From: Flavobacteriales bacterium
GTDB lineage: Bacteria > Bacteroidota > Bacteroidia > Flavobacteriales > Flavobacteriaceae
Direction: 5' to 3'
NCBI GenBank assembly: GCA_004213965.1
Contig: SGZI01000001.1
Location: 7,763-71,762 of the forward strand
DNA length: 64,000 nucleotides
Shown here: piece by piece, positions 11,916-23,127 of the stretch
How the letters are laid out: each line of letters begins with the position of its first letter
Position numbering within the stretch: position 1 is the stretch's first letter
Notes under the pieces: generated by a model
Told to the model about the DNA's origin: nothing
Database searches by the model: none
The model's input: only the letters and a program-made list of their open reading frames with translations
Translations under genes and position numbers: made by a program

Positions 11916-11943
11916 TTAAAAACCCTCAACTAATTATTGAGGG
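11916..11943 (-). terminator. Intrinsic terminator of the tRNA operon
   Basis: On the minus strand, CCCTCAA-TAATTAG-TTGAGGG (7-bp stem, 11923-11943) is followed directly by TTTTT (11918-11922). It lies 8 nt downstream of the tRNA-Arg 3' end. Confidence 0.75.
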
Positions 11944-11951
11944 TGAAATTG

Positions 11952-12025
11952 TGATCGCGACAGGATTCGAACCTGTGACCGTCTGCTTAGAAGGCAGATG
12001 CTCTATCCAGCTGAGCTACGCGACC
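11952..12025 (-). tRNA. tRNA-Arg (anticodon TCT)
   Basis: Reverse complement reads GGTCGCGTAGCTCAGCTGGATAGAGCATCTGCCTTCTAAGCAGACGGTCACAGGTTCGAATCCTGTCGCGATCA. It folds as a cloverleaf with anticodon loop CTTCTAA and T-loop GGTTCGAATCC. CCA is not encoded. Confidence 0.93.
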
Positions 12026-12049
12026 ATAACTGACTTCTTAATTAATTTG

Positions 12050-12124
12050 TCGGGGTGGCAGGATTCGAACCTGCGACCTCCGCGTCCCAAACGCGGCGCG
12101 ATAACCGGGCTACGCTACACCCCG
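12050..12124 (-). tRNA. tRNA-Pro (anticodon TGG)
   Basis: Reverse complement reads CGGGGTGTAGCGTAGCCCGGTTATCGCGCCGCGTTTGGGACGCGGAGGTCGCAGGTTCGAATCCTGCCACCCCGA. The acceptor stem CGGGGTG/CACCCCG is perfect and the anticodon loop is TTTGGGA. CCA is not encoded. Confidence 0.93.
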
Positions 12125-12127
12125 AAA

Positions 12128-12214
12128 TGGCGGAGAGACAGGGATTCGAACCCTGGCGACGCTTACGCGTCGACAGATTAGCAATCTGCTCCATTACCAC
12201 TCTGGCACCTCTCC
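12128..12214 (-). tRNA. tRNA-Ser (anticodon GCT), class II with long variable arm, CCA encoded
   Basis: Reverse complement reads GGAGAGGTGCCAGAGTGGTAATGGAGCAGATTGCTAATCTGTCGACGCGTAAGCGTCGCCAGGGTTCGAATCCCTGTCTCTCCGCCA. The anticodon loop is TTGCTAA and the variable arm is CGACGCGTAAGCGTCG. It lies only 3 nt from tRNA-Pro. Confidence 0.93.
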
Positions 12215-12255
12215 TTAGTACATTTTTATAAACTTCTAAGATAAAAATGCGGTTG

Positions 12256-12287
12256 CAAATTTAAGTTTTCAGGATTAAGAACGCAAA
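12256..12287 (-). promoter_or_regulatory. Bacteroidota sigma-A type promoter for the tRNA-Ser/Pro/Arg operon
   Basis: On the minus strand, TTTG (12287-12284), a 20-nt spacer and TAAATTTG (12263-12256) match the TTTG-N19-21-TAnnTTTG consensus. The predicted TSS lies about 35 nt upstream of the mature tRNA-Ser 5' end. Confidence 0.55.
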
Positions 12288-12307
12288 CTATTCCTTTTGT
12301 TTTTTGG

Positions 12308-14371
12308 CTATATTTCAGGATACTCAACTCGGATGTGATAAATATTAGACAATTTCTTTTTAATTACGCTTTTAATTGTTTTAATATCCTTAAATGTAAT
12401 ATCACAATTTTCAAACTGTTTATTTTTAATTTGTTTATCTATTATAGTTTCTACAAATGAGTTAATTTGTTCTATATCAGGATTGTCTAAACTTTTTGTT
12501 GCTGCCTCAACTGAGTCACACATCATAACTAAAGCAGTTTCTTTACTAAATGGCTTAGGACCATTGTATTTATACTCGTTAATTTTAGGATTGCGATTAA
12601 GTTTTAAATCTTTATCATAAAAATAATGCAATGTGCTTGTTCCATGATGTGTCTTTATAAAATCTACAATTCTATTAGGTAGGTTATTCTTTTTAGCTAT
12701 TTCCACACCTTTAGAGACATGATTTAGTATAATACTTACGCTTTCTTTTGAACTTAAGCTGTCGTGAGGGTTTTTTCCTGTTACTTGATTTTCAGTAAAA
12801 TATGATGGATTATCCATCTTCCCTATGTCATGATATAATGCTCCTACCCTAGCAAGCATAGAATTTGCACCAATTTCATTTGCTGAGGATTCTGCTAAAT
12901 TTGCAACATTCATTGAGTGATGGAAAGTTCCAGGAGCTTTATTTGAAAGATCTTTTAATAAAGGAGAATTAGTGTCTGACAACTCTAATAGTGAAACATC
13001 TGACATTAGGTTAAATATTTTTTCATAGATATATATTAATGGATATACGAATAATGTAAGAAGACCACAGATAATGAATAAAATGAAATTAAATAATTCT
13101 ATATTGTCAATGTTACCCTCATGAATTACAAAAAATGAAAAATATGAAATCATATAAATACCTGTAATTTGACCTACTGTTATAAATAGATTTGCACGTT
13201 TATATAAATCATCAGATGAAATTATTGTTATTACCCCAGCTATTATATTTAGAAATATAAATTCATAACTGTTAGGAACAATAAAGCCTAAAAGCATTAC
13301 TGTAACAGAATGAACAAAAAAGGCTGTTCTTGAATCAAAGAAGGCTTTTAATAGTAATGGTAAAATACATATTGGTATTACAAATACATAAGCAGAATCA
13401 ATATTTATAACAAAGTTCGTAATTAATACTAGCAGGGTGATATTAAAGAAAATTAAAGACAGCTGATTGAGACTTAGATATATTTTCTTTCTAAATTTTC
13501 TTATAAACAATATTATCATTAAAAGGGAGAGTATTACAAGTAAGGAATATGATGATATTACTAAATAGTAATCTAGCTTATTTGTGCTATTTGTTTCATA
13601 CTCATTTCTTAAGGATTCCAGTATTTTTAATTTTTCACCTTCAACAATTTCACCTTTTGATATAATTAAAGTTTCTTTTTCTATTATACCCCTGTTTGGA
13701 GATAGATTTGCTAATGCTTCATTAATAGAGTTTTTAGTTAAATCTATATTTAATGAAACATCGGACTCTAATAGATCAAACAGAATAGATACTATTTGAG
13801 GCTTATATTCTTGAATATTTAAAGAAATTACTTGATTATTAATTGATGTCAATAATTCCTCTGGAATGTAAAAGTCTGAGAAAAACCCTGAGGTTAACTG
13901 CTTATTATCAATTAGCAGTGAAACTATTTGATTTGATTTGTAGTCATAATTTTTATCAAGTAGACCTCTAGAATATATATTTGAAATTATATTAACACCA
14001 GCATCCCTTATTGACCTAAGTTCTCTTCTACTTAGATTATTTATAACACTATCACTTGAGGGGTTATTTATCTTATCATATAACAGATTAAGCGACTTAT
14101 TTAACACTAATGTGTCCTTGTTAAAAAAAACATTAGTGCTTAATCTAATTTTAGCTGTTTCTTCATCTAGTTCTTTGTTGGTCTTTTGAATTGCAAAATC
14201 AAAAGGAGCATATAGATTATCTGACTGCCATGGACGTCCATTTTCAAAACTATACTTAAACTTTCCGCTTTTTGGAAAAAAATAAATAATTACAGCACAG
14301 GAAAATATAAAAAGCAACAATCTATAGATTTTACCCATATTAATCTTAAAGCGATTAGTCTTATTCTCCAT
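12308..14371 (-). CDS. 7TM-receptor-type membrane protein with intracellular HD/HDIG phosphohydrolase domain (PgpH/YqfF-like)
   Basis: 687 aa. It has an N-terminal extracytoplasmic region, seven hydrophobic helices, then an HD domain (HHSMNVANL...ALYHDIGK...HH). Confidence 0.85.
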   Translation of the reverse strand: MENKTNRFKINMGKIYRLLLFIFSCAVIIYFFPKSGKFKYSFENGRPWQSDNLYAPFDFAIQKTNKELDEETAKIRLSTNVFFNKDTLVLNKSLNLLYDKINNPSSDSVINNLSRRELRSIRDAGVNIISNIYSRGLLDKNYDYKSNQIVSLLIDNKQLTSGFFSDFYIPEELLTSINNQVISLNIQEYKPQIVSILFDLLESDVSLNIDLTKNSINEALANLSPNRGIIEKETLIISKGEIVEGEKLKILESLRNEYETNSTNKLDYYLVISSYSLLVILSLLMIILFIRKFRKKIYLSLNQLSLIFFNITLLVLITNFVINIDSAYVFVIPICILPLLLKAFFDSRTAFFVHSVTVMLLGFIVPNSYEFIFLNIIAGVITIISSDDLYKRANLFITVGQITGIYMISYFSFFVIHEGNIDNIELFNFILFIICGLLTLFVYPLIYIYEKIFNLMSDVSLLELSDTNSPLLKDLSNKAPGTFHHSMNVANLAESSANEIGANSMLARVGALYHDIGKMDNPSYFTENQVTGKNPHDSLSSKESVSIILNHVSKGVEIAKKNNLPNRIVDFIKTHHGTSTLHYFYDKDLKLNRNPKINEYKYNGPKPFSKETALVMMCDSVEAATKSLDNPDIEQINSFVETIIDKQIKNKQFENCDITFKDIKTIKSVIKKKLSNIYHIRVEYPEI

Positions 14372-14479
14372 AATAATTATATAACAATCAAAATTAGTAA
14401 ATATTACATATAGGTTATAATGATATCAAATAATTATTAATTTATTAACTTTATAATCTGTTAATTATTAAAATTTATT

Positions 14480-15658
14480 ATGAGCAAAGAGGTTGTGATT
14501 GTAAGTGCAGTGAGAACTCCTATTGGAAGTTTTATGGGTTCTCTATCTAATATATCCGCTGTTGATTTAGGAGCTATTGCTATTTCAGGAGCACTAGATA
14601 AAGTTAATTTATCTTCTAAATCTGTAGATGAAGTAATATTTGGAAATGTTGTACAGGCTGGTTTAGGGCAAGCTCCAGCAAGACAAGCCGCAATAAAAGC
14701 TGGAATACCATCTTCAGTTCCATGTACAACAATAAACAAGGTTTGTTCTTCTGGATTAAAGTCAGTAATGCTTGCAGCACAATCAATTTCTTTAGGAATT
14801 AACGATGTAGTTGTTACGGGAGGTATGGAAAATATGAGTCAAATCCCTCATTATATTAACATTAGAAAACCTCATAAATATGGAAATAAATCTATAATAG
14901 ATGGCTTGCAGTATGATGGTTTAACAGATGTTTACTGTAATGAAGCTATGGGGGTTTTAGGTGATAAATGTGCAAGTGAGTATAATTTTAGCAGGGAAGA
15001 TCAGGATAATTATGCTATCGAGTCTTACAAAAGATCTTCAAACGCTTGGAGAGAAGGTAAATTCAATAATGAAATAGTCCCTGTAGAGATTAATCTTAGA
15101 AATGGAGAAACATTAAAAATCAATGAAGATGAAGAGTATAAGAATGTTAATTTTGAAAAAGTACCTAAGCTTAGGCCTGCATTTGGTAAAGATGGAACAG
15201 TAACTGCTGCAAACGCTTCAACAATTAGTGACGGAGCATCTTCATTAATTCTTATGAGTAAGGACAAGTGTTCTGAATTAAAACTTACCCCTATTGCTAC
15301 TGTAAAGTATTATTGCGATGCAGCACAAGATCCAGACTGGTTTACTACAGCACCTTCCTTGGCTGTAAAGAAAATTCTTTCAAATAACAATCTAAGCATT
15401 GATGATGTTGATTATTTCGAATTTAATGAGGCTTTTTCTGTTGTAGCATTAGCAAATATGAAGATATTAGGCCTTAAAGCTGATAAAGTAAATGTTAATG
15501 GCGGTGCAGTTTCTTTAGGTCATCCATTAGGGTGTTCAGGAGCTAGAATTTTAACAACCCTAACACACATTCTTATTAATAATGATGCGAAAAGAGGTAT
15601 TGCAGCAATATGTAATGGTGGTGGTGGTGCTTCAGCAATATTAATTGAACGTAATTAG
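14480..15658 (+). CDS. Acetyl-CoA C-acetyltransferase (thiolase II)
   Basis: 392 aa. Motifs are INKVCSSGLKS (active Cys), NGGAVSLGHPLGCSGARI and CNGGGGA. Confidence 0.92.
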   Translation: MSKEVVIVSAVRTPIGSFMGSLSNISAVDLGAIAISGALDKVNLSSKSVDEVIFGNVVQAGLGQAPARQAAIKAGIPSSVPCTTINKVCSSGLKSVMLAAQSISLGINDVVVTGGMENMSQIPHYINIRKPHKYGNKSIIDGLQYDGLTDVYCNEAMGVLGDKCASEYNFSREDQDNYAIESYKRSSNAWREGKFNNEIVPVEINLRNGETLKINEDEEYKNVNFEKVPKLRPAFGKDGTVTAANASTISDGASSLILMSKDKCSELKLTPIATVKYYCDAAQDPDWFTTAPSLAVKKILSNNNLSIDDVDYFEFNEAFSVVALANMKILGLKADKVNVNGGAVSLGHPLGCSGARILTTLTHILINNDAKRGIAAICNGGGGASAILIERN

Positions 15659-15664
15659 GTTTAT

Positions 15665-16414
15665 ATGAAATATGGGATATGTAATCTTGGAATCGTACCT
15701 GTAAGATCAGAATCGTCAGATAAAAGTGAACAAATTTCTCAATTAATTTATGGAGAAATATTTAGTGTTTTAAAAGAAAAAGCTAAATGGTCTAAGATTA
15801 AAAATAGTTTTGATAATTATTCTGGCTGGATTGACAACAAACAATTTAAAAATATATCTGAAGAGGAGTATAATTCCTTAAATAATGATAATCAGATTTA
15901 TTCCTTTGATTTAGTAGAATTTGTAGAAAATACTAATCATGAACTAATTGCAATTCCTATAGGATCAAATTTAAATGGTTTAAATATTCTTAATCATAAC
16001 TACGACGGAAATAAAATAACTAACAAACAAGATAAAGGACATATAATTTCTACAGCTATAAGGTTTTTAAATTCTCCTTACTTGTGGGGAGGAAGAACCC
16101 CTTTTGGTATTGATTGCTCTGGGTTTACTCAAATGGTTTATAAATTAAATGGCTACAAACTTGAAAGAGATTCTAACAAACAATCAACACAAGGTTCTCC
16201 TTTGAGTTTTATTGAAGAAAGTGAGCCAGGAGATTTAGCGTTTTTTGATAATGATGAAGGAGAAATAGTGCATGTTGGAATAATTATGGAAAATAATAAA
16301 ATAATTCATGCAAGCGGCAAAGTTCGTATAGATGGAATTGATCAAACAGGTATTTATAATTCAGAAACTAAATCACATACTCATAAGTTAAGAGTAATAA
16401 AAAAAATACTTTAA
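15665..16414 (+). CDS. C40 (NlpC/P60) family peptidase with N-terminal SH3-like domain
   Basis: 249 aa. Motifs are YLWGGRTPFGIDCSGF (catalytic Cys) and HVGIIM (His). Confidence 0.85.
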   Translation: MKYGICNLGIVPVRSESSDKSEQISQLIYGEIFSVLKEKAKWSKIKNSFDNYSGWIDNKQFKNISEEEYNSLNNDNQIYSFDLVEFVENTNHELIAIPIGSNLNGLNILNHNYDGNKITNKQDKGHIISTAIRFLNSPYLWGGRTPFGIDCSGFTQMVYKLNGYKLERDSNKQSTQGSPLSFIEESEPGDLAFFDNDEGEIVHVGIIMENNKIIHASGKVRIDGIDQTGIYNSETKSHTHKLRVIKKIL

Positions 16415-17691
16415 TCTATCTTAGTTTCAAGCTCTTCAGCAATAGCTTTATATTTTTTAAAATTATCTAAATCATCGACTGCTGAATATATATTTCTTAA
16501 TGTTCTTACCGCACTTAAATTCTTGTTATCAAGTTCATAAACAGAAACTAAATATGGAATCGCTGACAGATATAAATCTTCCCTAACCAGCTTTAGCTCA
16601 TCATATCTATTATAATCTGCATTAGAATTTCCTAAAGAATTCATTTCTTCTATTATATTCTGTTCTTTTCCTAATATTAAAGCAGCAGCATTTAGATAAG
16701 CTCTTTTATATGTTTTATCTATTTCTATAGCTTTATTATAATGCCCCATTGCCTTATCTACATCACCTTTATCTGAGGAAATAACTCCTAAATTGAAATG
16801 TAAATCAACATTATCAGGATCAATTTCAAGTGCTCTTGTGATTAGCTTCTCGTAAGATTCTACATCTCCCATTTCCCATCTAATATTAGATTCAAGTAAG
16901 ATTATATTAATATCATTTGGATCAAGTTTGTTAGCTTTTTCAATATAGCTCAAGGATTTTTCATACTCATTTTTATTTTTATAAATAGCCGCCATAGATC
17001 TAAGCACGCTCAACTCAACTGATTCTAATTCTACATCAGTAGGATTTTCATGAGTACCAGCTTTAATAAATAACTTTCTTTGATCAGGGCTAGTAAATCC
17101 TTGATTTTCACCAGATGCTTTTTCAATGGCATAATAATTTGTGGTAATACCTGTAAATTCTATATCAATTAATTCATTATAGAATGATAGAGCTTGGTCA
17201 AAGTCTTTGTTTTCTGTAGCAATTAAGGCTGCATTATACAAATAAAGTGTGTCTCTTGGAGAAACCCTATAAGACATCTCTAAATTTAAGTATGCATCCT
17301 TATAGTTCTCATTTTCAAGGCTATTTTTCGAACTCTCAACAAATCTATTGAGCATTTCTACTAGCCACCCCTCTGCTTTTGAAGTATAAAGCTTAGTGCT
17401 TGATTCAGATTCTATATCAATTGATGTATTTAAACTCTCTAAAGCAACGCTAGATTCTTCAATATTAGAATTTCCATTTGCATAATATGCCACACCTTTT
17501 AAGTAATGATATTTTACTTTTGTTTTAGTGTCCATCTGGTCAATTAATTTTTCTGCCAATGATATATTTTGTTTAGCAGCTGAGTAATCTTCAGATTTAA
17601 TACTTTTTTCAGCAAGTTTCAATTCCTTTTTTTGAGCATATGCAGTATTAACAGTAAGGAATACAAGTATTATAAATATAATTTTATTCAT
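16411..17691 (-). CDS. Tetratricopeptide-repeat protein with signal peptide
   Basis: 426 aa. It has repeated A/Y/L-spaced TPR-like 34-mers and an N-terminal signal (FLTVNTAYA). It lies just downstream of gyrA. Confidence 0.75.
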   Translation of the reverse strand: MNKIIFIILVFLTVNTAYAQKKELKLAEKSIKSEDYSAAKQNISLAEKLIDQMDTKTKVKYHYLKGVAYYANGNSNIEESSVALESLNTSIDIESESSTKLYTSKAEGWLVEMLNRFVESSKNSLENENYKDAYLNLEMSYRVSPRDTLYLYNAALIATENKDFDQALSFYNELIDIEFTGITTNYYAIEKASGENQGFTSPDQRKLFIKAGTHENPTDVELESVELSVLRSMAAIYKNKNEYEKSLSYIEKANKLDPNDINIILLESNIRWEMGDVESYEKLITRALEIDPDNVDLHFNLGVISSDKGDVDKAMGHYNKAIEIDKTYKRAYLNAAALILGKEQNIIEEMNSLGNSNADYNRYDELKLVREDLYLSAIPYLVSVYELDNKNLSAVRTLRNIYSAVDDLDNFKKYKAIAEELETKID

Positions 17692-17706
17692 AATTTAAAA
17701 ATTTAA

Positions 17707-20370
17707 TTATTCTTCAGTTTCTTCTTCTTCTTCTTCTTCTTCTATTTCATTTGTGATCTCAAATGTTACTTCATTATTTAATGGAGCATCATTAATTTCT
17801 TCAGAAGATGTCTCATTTTCAACAACCTCATTAATTTCTTCTGAAGATGCATCATTTTTAACATCATCTGTTATTACCTCAGAAGATGAATTATTTTCAG
17901 AATCTTCTAAAAACTCTGGATTTTCATCTTCTTGTTCGTGCATTACTTTAGCAACAGCAGCAATTGAATCACCCTCTTTGATGTTAATTAATTTAACACC
18001 TTGAGTAGCTCTACCCATCACTCTAAGATCCTTAACAGCCATTCTTATGGCAATCCCTGATTTATTTATAATCATTAATCCATTAGAGTCATTAACGTTT
18101 TTAATTGACACAAGATTGCCTGTTTTATCAGTTATAGATATAGTTTTAACTCCTTTTCCTCCTCGATTAGTAACCCTATAATCTTCTAGCTTTGATCGCT
18201 TTCCATACCCATTTGATGAGACTACTAATATGTTGCTTTCCATGTCATTAACAGAAACCATTCCAATAACTTCATCTTTATCGTGTTGAAGTCTTATGCC
18301 TCTTACACCAGACGCACTTCTTCCCATGGGCCTTGTCTTTGCTTCTTCAAATCTGATTGCTTTACCAGATCTAAGAGCCATCATGATTTGACTTTCACCA
18401 TTTGTTAATTTTGCTACTAGTAACTCATCACCTTCTTTAATAGTAATAGCATTAATACCATTAACTCTTGGTCTTGAGTATTTTTCTAATGAAGTCTTTT
18501 TTACTTGGCCTTTTTTTGTAGCCATTATTACATAATGTTGATTTATATAGTCTTCATCTTTTAAATCTTTTGTGCATATAAAAGCTTTTACTTTATCATC
18601 TTGTTCTATATTGATTAGATTTTGTATTGCTCTTCCTTTAGATGTCCTACTTCCTTCAGGAATTTCATAAACTCTCATCCAAAAACACTTTCCCTTTTGA
18701 GTGAAGAACAACATGTATTGATGATTTGTCCCTACAAATAATTTTTCTAGAAAATCCTCATTTCTTGTTGTTGATGCTTTTTGACCAACCCCTCCTCTAT
18801 TTTGAACTCTATAAGCGTCTAATGGAGTTCTTTTTATATATCCTGCATGAGATATAGTTATAACTACCTTTTCATCAGGAATCATATCTTCAATAGATAA
18901 ATCACCGCCAGAGTATTCTATTCTAGATCTTCTTTCATCTCCAAACTTATTTCTAACTTCTATTAGTTCAGTAGTTATGATATTCATTCTTCTATCTTCG
19001 TTGTCAAGAATGTCTTTTAAGTCTGTTATCAGTTCTTTTATCTCATTATATTCTGTTCTTAATTTATCTTGTTCTAAACCTGTCAATTGTCTAAGACGCA
19101 TTTCAACAATTGCCTTAGATTGAATTTCTGACAACTTATATTTATTCATCAAATTCTCTCTAGCTTCATCAGCATTTTTTGATGCTCTTATAAGCTTAAT
19201 TACATCATCTATGTTGTCAGATGCAATTATTAGACCTTCAAGAATATGACATCTTTCCTCAGCTTTTTTTAATTCAAATTTTGTCCTTCTTACAACAACA
19301 TCATGTCTATGCTCTACAAAATACTTAATCATTTGTTTTAGATTAAGTGTTCTTGGTCTTCCTTTTACAAGACATACGTTGTTAACACTAAATGATGATT
19401 GAAGTTGTGAATATTTATATAGTTTATTTAAAACAATATTAGGAATAGCGTCTCTTTTAAGAACAAAAACAATTCTCATTCCATTTCTGTCAGACTCGTC
19501 TCTTATTGTTGAAATCCCTTCAACTTTTTTATCATTAACTAAATCTGCTACTTTCTTTATTAAATCAGATTTATTTACTTGATAAGGTATTTCAGTTACA
19601 ATAATACACTCTCTACCATCTACTTCTTCAATTTCAGCTTTAGACCTAACAACTATTCTACCTCTTCCAGTATGAAAAGCGTCTTTTACTCCCTCATAAC
19701 CATAAATTATGCCTCCAGTAGGAAAGTCAGGTGCTTTAACAAAATTCATTAGTTCATCAATTTCAATATCATTGTTTTTGATATACTCAACCGTACCATC
19801 AATTACTTCTGTTAAATTATGAGGAGCAATATTTGTTGCCATTCCAACAGCAATACCAGAAGCTCCGTTAATTAGTAATGCAGGGATTTTGGTAGGCAAT
19901 ACTGTAGGTTCCTTAAGGCTGTCATCAAAATTTAATTTGTGGTCTACTGTATCCTTTTCTATATCAGCAAGCATTTCTTCCGATATTTTTTGCATTCTTG
20001 CTTCAGTATATCGCATTGCTGCAGGACTATCTCCATCAATTGAACCAAAATTTCCTTGTCCATCAACCAGAAGATATCTAAGACTCCATTCTTGAGCCAT
20101 TCGAACCATTGTATCATACACTGAAGAATCTCCATGTGGATGATATTTACCCATAACATCACCTACAATTCTTGCAGATTTCTTATAGGAAGAATTAGAT
20201 TTCACACCCATATCATGCATTCCGTAAAGAACTCTTCTATGTACAGGTTTTAGACCATCTCTAACGTCAGGAAGAGCTCTAGAAACAATAACAGACATTG
20301 AATAATCAATGTATGCAGATTTCATTTGATCTTCAATATTAATTGGTATCAATTTTTCACCATCATTCAT
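17707..20370 (-). CDS. gyrA: DNA gyrase subunit A with extended acidic C-terminal tail
   Basis: 887 aa. Motifs are [15 protein letters not shown] and AAMRYTE (active-site Tyr region), with GyrA-box beta-pinwheel repeats. The last ~75 aa are D/E/S-rich and end in E8-T-EE. Confidence 0.97.
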   Translation of the reverse strand: MNDGEKLIPINIEDQMKSAYIDYSMSVIVSRALPDVRDGLKPVHRRVLYGMHDMGVKSNSSYKKSARIVGDVMGKYHPHGDSSVYDTMVRMAQEWSLRYLLVDGQGNFGSIDGDSPAAMRYTEARMQKISEEMLADIEKDTVDHKLNFDDSLKEPTVLPTKIPALLINGASGIAVGMATNIAPHNLTEVIDGTVEYIKNNDIEIDELMNFVKAPDFPTGGIIYGYEGVKDAFHTGRGRIVVRSKAEIEEVDGRECIIVTEIPYQVNKSDLIKKVADLVNDKKVEGISTIRDESDRNGMRIVFVLKRDAIPNIVLNKLYKYSQLQSSFSVNNVCLVKGRPRTLNLKQMIKYFVEHRHDVVVRRTKFELKKAEERCHILEGLIIASDNIDDVIKLIRASKNADEARENLMNKYKLSEIQSKAIVEMRLRQLTGLEQDKLRTEYNEIKELITDLKDILDNEDRRMNIITTELIEVRNKFGDERRSRIEYSGGDLSIEDMIPDEKVVITISHAGYIKRTPLDAYRVQNRGGVGQKASTTRNEDFLEKLFVGTNHQYMLFFTQKGKCFWMRVYEIPEGSRTSKGRAIQNLINIEQDDKVKAFICTKDLKDEDYINQHYVIMATKKGQVKKTSLEKYSRPRVNGINAITIKEGDELLVAKLTNGESQIMMALRSGKAIRFEEAKTRPMGRSASGVRGIRLQHDKDEVIGMVSVNDMESNILVVSSNGYGKRSKLEDYRVTNRGGKGVKTISITDKTGNLVSIKNVNDSNGLMIINKSGIAIRMAVKDLRVMGRATQGVKLINIKEGDSIAAVAKVMHEQEDENPEFLEDSENNSSSEVITDDVKNDASSEEINEVVENETSSEEINDAPLNNEVTFEITNEIEEEEEEEETEE
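17719..17742. repeat. (TTC)8 / (GAA)8 trinucleotide microsatellite inside the gyrA 3' end
   Basis: Eight perfect TTC units on the plus strand encode Glu8 of the gyrA tail. Confidence 0.95.
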
Positions 20371-20410
20371 ATATAATTGTCTTTAATTTTTAGCTAAAAA
20401 TTTTATATAA

Positions 20411-20418
20411 CAAATATA
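20411..20418 (-). promoter_or_regulatory. Candidate -7 box (TATATTTG) for gyrA
   Basis: The minus-strand sequence matches TAnnTTTG about 40 nt upstream of the gyrA ATG. There is no clean -33 TTTG at the expected spacing. Confidence 0.35.
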
Positions 20419-20589
20419 ATTAATTTAACCAATGAAATAAGGTTAAATCTGTTGTAAAAAAGTGTTATTTATTAACAATTTTTTTGAAATAAATTATCAT
20501 AAATTTTATGGAATAAATACTTATTAAATATTATAATTACATATTGTTTAAGAATACAAGAATCCCTACATTTATTGAAAATTAATTTA

Positions 20590-23127
20590 ATGGATGATAA
20601 TTTTTCTCCTAAAGTAAAAGATGTTATTACTTACAGTAAAGAAGAAGCGCTTAGGTTAGGTCATGACTTTATTGGTACTGAACATTTAGTTTTAGGTTTG
20701 ATTAGGGGTGCAGAAGGCAAAGCAATCGATATCTTAAATTTTTTAGATGTAGATTTAAATAGTTTAAGAAAAAAGGTTGAATCACTAAATCCAGTTAATT
20801 TTGAAGAAGAAAAAAGTAATTCTAAAAAAAACTTACATTTAACTAGGCAAGCTGAAAGAGCACTAAAAACCACTTTTTTAGAAGCTAAATTATTTCAAAG
20901 CTCAATAATTAATACCGGCCATCTTTTGTTGTGTATTCTTAGAAATGAAAATGATCCCACTACGAAAATTCTTAATAAACTAGAAGTCAATTATAGTACA
21001 GTAAAAGAAGAATTTAAATCCTTAATTGGAGACGAAGAAACCTCATCTCCTGAAGAAAAATCTTCAGATGATAATGATGACTATCAAACAGATCCAATAA
21101 TTAAAGCTTCTCCAAAAGCTAGAAAAAACAAAAAATCTACCACACCTGTTTTAGATAATTTTGGTAAAGACTTAACATTATTAGCTGAAAACAACAATTT
21201 AGATCCAATTATTGGTAGAGATTTAGAAATTCAAAGAGTTTCGCAAATATTGAGTAGACGTAAAAAAAATAACCCATTATTAATTGGGGAACCTGGAGTA
21301 GGAAAATCTGCAATAGCTGAAGGTTTAGCCATTAGAATAATTCAAAAGAAAGTCTCAAGAGTATTATACAATAAGCGAATAATCTCTTTAGATCTAGCAA
21401 GTTTAGTTGCAGGAACTAAATATAGGGGGCAATTTGAAGAAAGAATGAAAGCTGTTATGAATGAAATAGAAAAGAATACTAATATTATTTTATTTATTGA
21501 TGAAATTCATACAATAGTAGGTGCAGGTGGAGCAACAGGTAGTCTTGACGCTTCAAATATGTTTAAACCAGCACTAGCAAGAGGTGAAGTTCAGTGTATC
21601 GGAGCTACAACATTAGATGAGTATAGAAACTCAATTGAAAAGGACGGTGCTCTGGAAAGAAGATTTCAGAAAATAATTGTTCAACCAACTAGTGTTGATG
21701 AAACTATTGAAATCTTGAAAAATATTAAAGAGAAATATGAAGAACATCATAATGTTAATTATTCTGAAGACGCTATTCTTGCATGTGTAAAACTTACATC
21801 AAGATACATGACTGACAGGTATCTTCCAGATAAAGCTATTGATGCATTAGATGAGGCTGGGTCTAGAGTTCATATAATAAATATTGATGTGCCTAAGCAC
21901 ATAAGTGATCTTGAATCAGACTTAGATAAAATTCAGTCAAAAAAGAATACAGCAGTAAGTAATCAAAAATATGAAGAAGCAGCTGAATTAAGAGATAAAG
22001 AAAAAATAGTTGAATCAAAGCTCTCGAAAGCACAAGAAATATGGGAAGAAGAATGTAAGAAAAATAGACAAACAGTAACTGAAGAGAATATTGCTGATGT
22101 AGTGTCAATGATGACAGGAATACCATTAAATAGAGTGAAAGAAACCGAACTTAATAAATTATCTATCCTTGCAAATATTATCAAAGCGAAGGTGATTGGC
22201 CAAGATAACGCTGTTGATAATGTAGTAAAATCAATTCAACGTAATAGAGCAGGTCTAAAAGATCCAAAAAAACCTATAGGCTCATTTATATTCCTTGGTC
22301 AAACTGGAGTCGGAAAAACTCAATTAGCTAAGGTTTTGGCAAAAGAACTATTTGACAATGAAGATGCATTGATTAGAGTTGACATGAGTGAATACATGGA
22401 AAAATTTGCTATATCCAGGCTTGTTGGAGCTCCTCCAGGCTATGTTGGTTATGAAGAAGGCGGGCAATTAACAGAAAAAATTCGTAGAAAACCTTATTCT
22501 GTTTTATTATTAGATGAAATAGAAAAAGCACATCCTGATGTATTTAATATGCTTCTGCAAGTATTTGATGATGGTTATCTAACAGATAGTGTGGGTAGAA
22601 AAATTGATTTTACTAATACAATAATAATAATGACTTCAAATATTGGTGTTAAGAGGATACAAGATTTTGGTTTAGGTGTTGGTTTTGGAACAACTGCTAA
22701 AAAGTCTCAAGCATCTTCGCTAAATAAAAAAACCATAACTGATGCGTTAAAAAAGAAGTTTGCTCCTGAATTTCTAAATAGAATAGATGAAGTTGTAATA
22801 TTTAATAGTCTTACAATTAATGAAATTCATAAAATTATTGAAATAGAATTAGATAAATTATATGAAAGAATAATTGAGCTTGGATATAAAATTAAACTCA
22901 CAAAAAAAGCTAAAGAATTTTTAGCTGAAAAAGGATTTGATAAAGATTATGGTGCTAGACCATTAAAACGAGCTATTCAAAAATATCTAGAAGATCTTAT
23001 AGCAGAAGAAATATTAAAATCTAAAATAAGTGAAGGAGATCAAATCCGAATAGACTATAAGAAAGGCGCTGAACACCTTAGTATAAAAACTTCGAAATTA
23101 AAAGAAACTAAAGCGTCAGACAATTAG
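20590..23127 (+). CDS. clpC: ClpC-type AAA+ Clp protease ATP-binding subunit
   Basis: It has double Clp_N repeats, two Walker A motifs ([17 protein letters not shown]) and a short UVR-like linker ([14 protein letters not shown]), which indicates ClpC rather than ClpB. The ORF track starts at a TTG (20575). The ATG at 20590 (MDDNFSPKV...) is the more likely start. Confidence 0.9.
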   Translation: MDDNFSPKVKDVITYSKEEALRLGHDFIGTEHLVLGLIRGAEGKAIDILNFLDVDLNSLRKKVESLNPVNFEEEKSNSKKNLHLTRQAERALKTTFLEAKLFQSSIINTGHLLLCILRNENDPTTKILNKLEVNYSTVKEEFKSLIGDEETSSPEEKSSDDNDDYQTDPIIKASPKARKNKKSTTPVLDNFGKDLTLLAENNNLDPIIGRDLEIQRVSQILSRRKKNNPLLIGEPGVGKSAIAEGLAIRIIQKKVSRVLYNKRIISLDLASLVAGTKYRGQFEERMKAVMNEIEKNTNIILFIDEIHTIVGAGGATGSLDASNMFKPALARGEVQCIGATTLDEYRNSIEKDGALERRFQKIIVQPTSVDETIEILKNIKEKYEEHHNVNYSEDAILACVKLTSRYMTDRYLPDKAIDALDEAGSRVHIINIDVPKHISDLESDLDKIQSKKNTAVSNQKYEEAAELRDKEKIVESKLSKAQEIWEEECKKNRQTVTEENIADVVSMMTGIPLNRVKETELNKLSILANIIKAKVIGQDNAVDNVVKSIQRNRAGLKDPKKPIGSFIFLGQTGVGKTQLAKVLAKELFDNEDALIRVDMSEYMEKFAISRLVGAPPGYVGYEEGGQLTEKIRRKPYSVLLLDEIEKAHPDVFNMLLQVFDDGYLTDSVGRKIDFTNTIIIMTSNIGVKRIQDFGLGVGFGTTAKKSQASSLNKKTITDALKKKFAPEFLNRIDEVVIFNSLTINEIHKIIEIELDKLYERIIELGYKIKLTKKAKEFLAEKGFDKDYGARPLKRAIQKYLEDLIAEEILKSKISEGDQIRIDYKKGAEHLSIKTSKLKETKASDN

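Noticed and set aside
11951-12181. 76-aa plus-strand ORF in the ORF track
   Set aside because: It runs antisense across the three minus-strand tRNA genes (Arg, Pro, Ser). Its G/R/P-rich translation is just the complement of GC-rich tRNA sequence.
20575-20589. TTG-initiated 5-codon N-terminal extension of clpC as given by the ORF track
   Set aside because: The ATG at 20590 gives [11 protein letters not shown]..., which matches the usual start of the Clp_N domain. The extension MKINL adds nothing recognisable.
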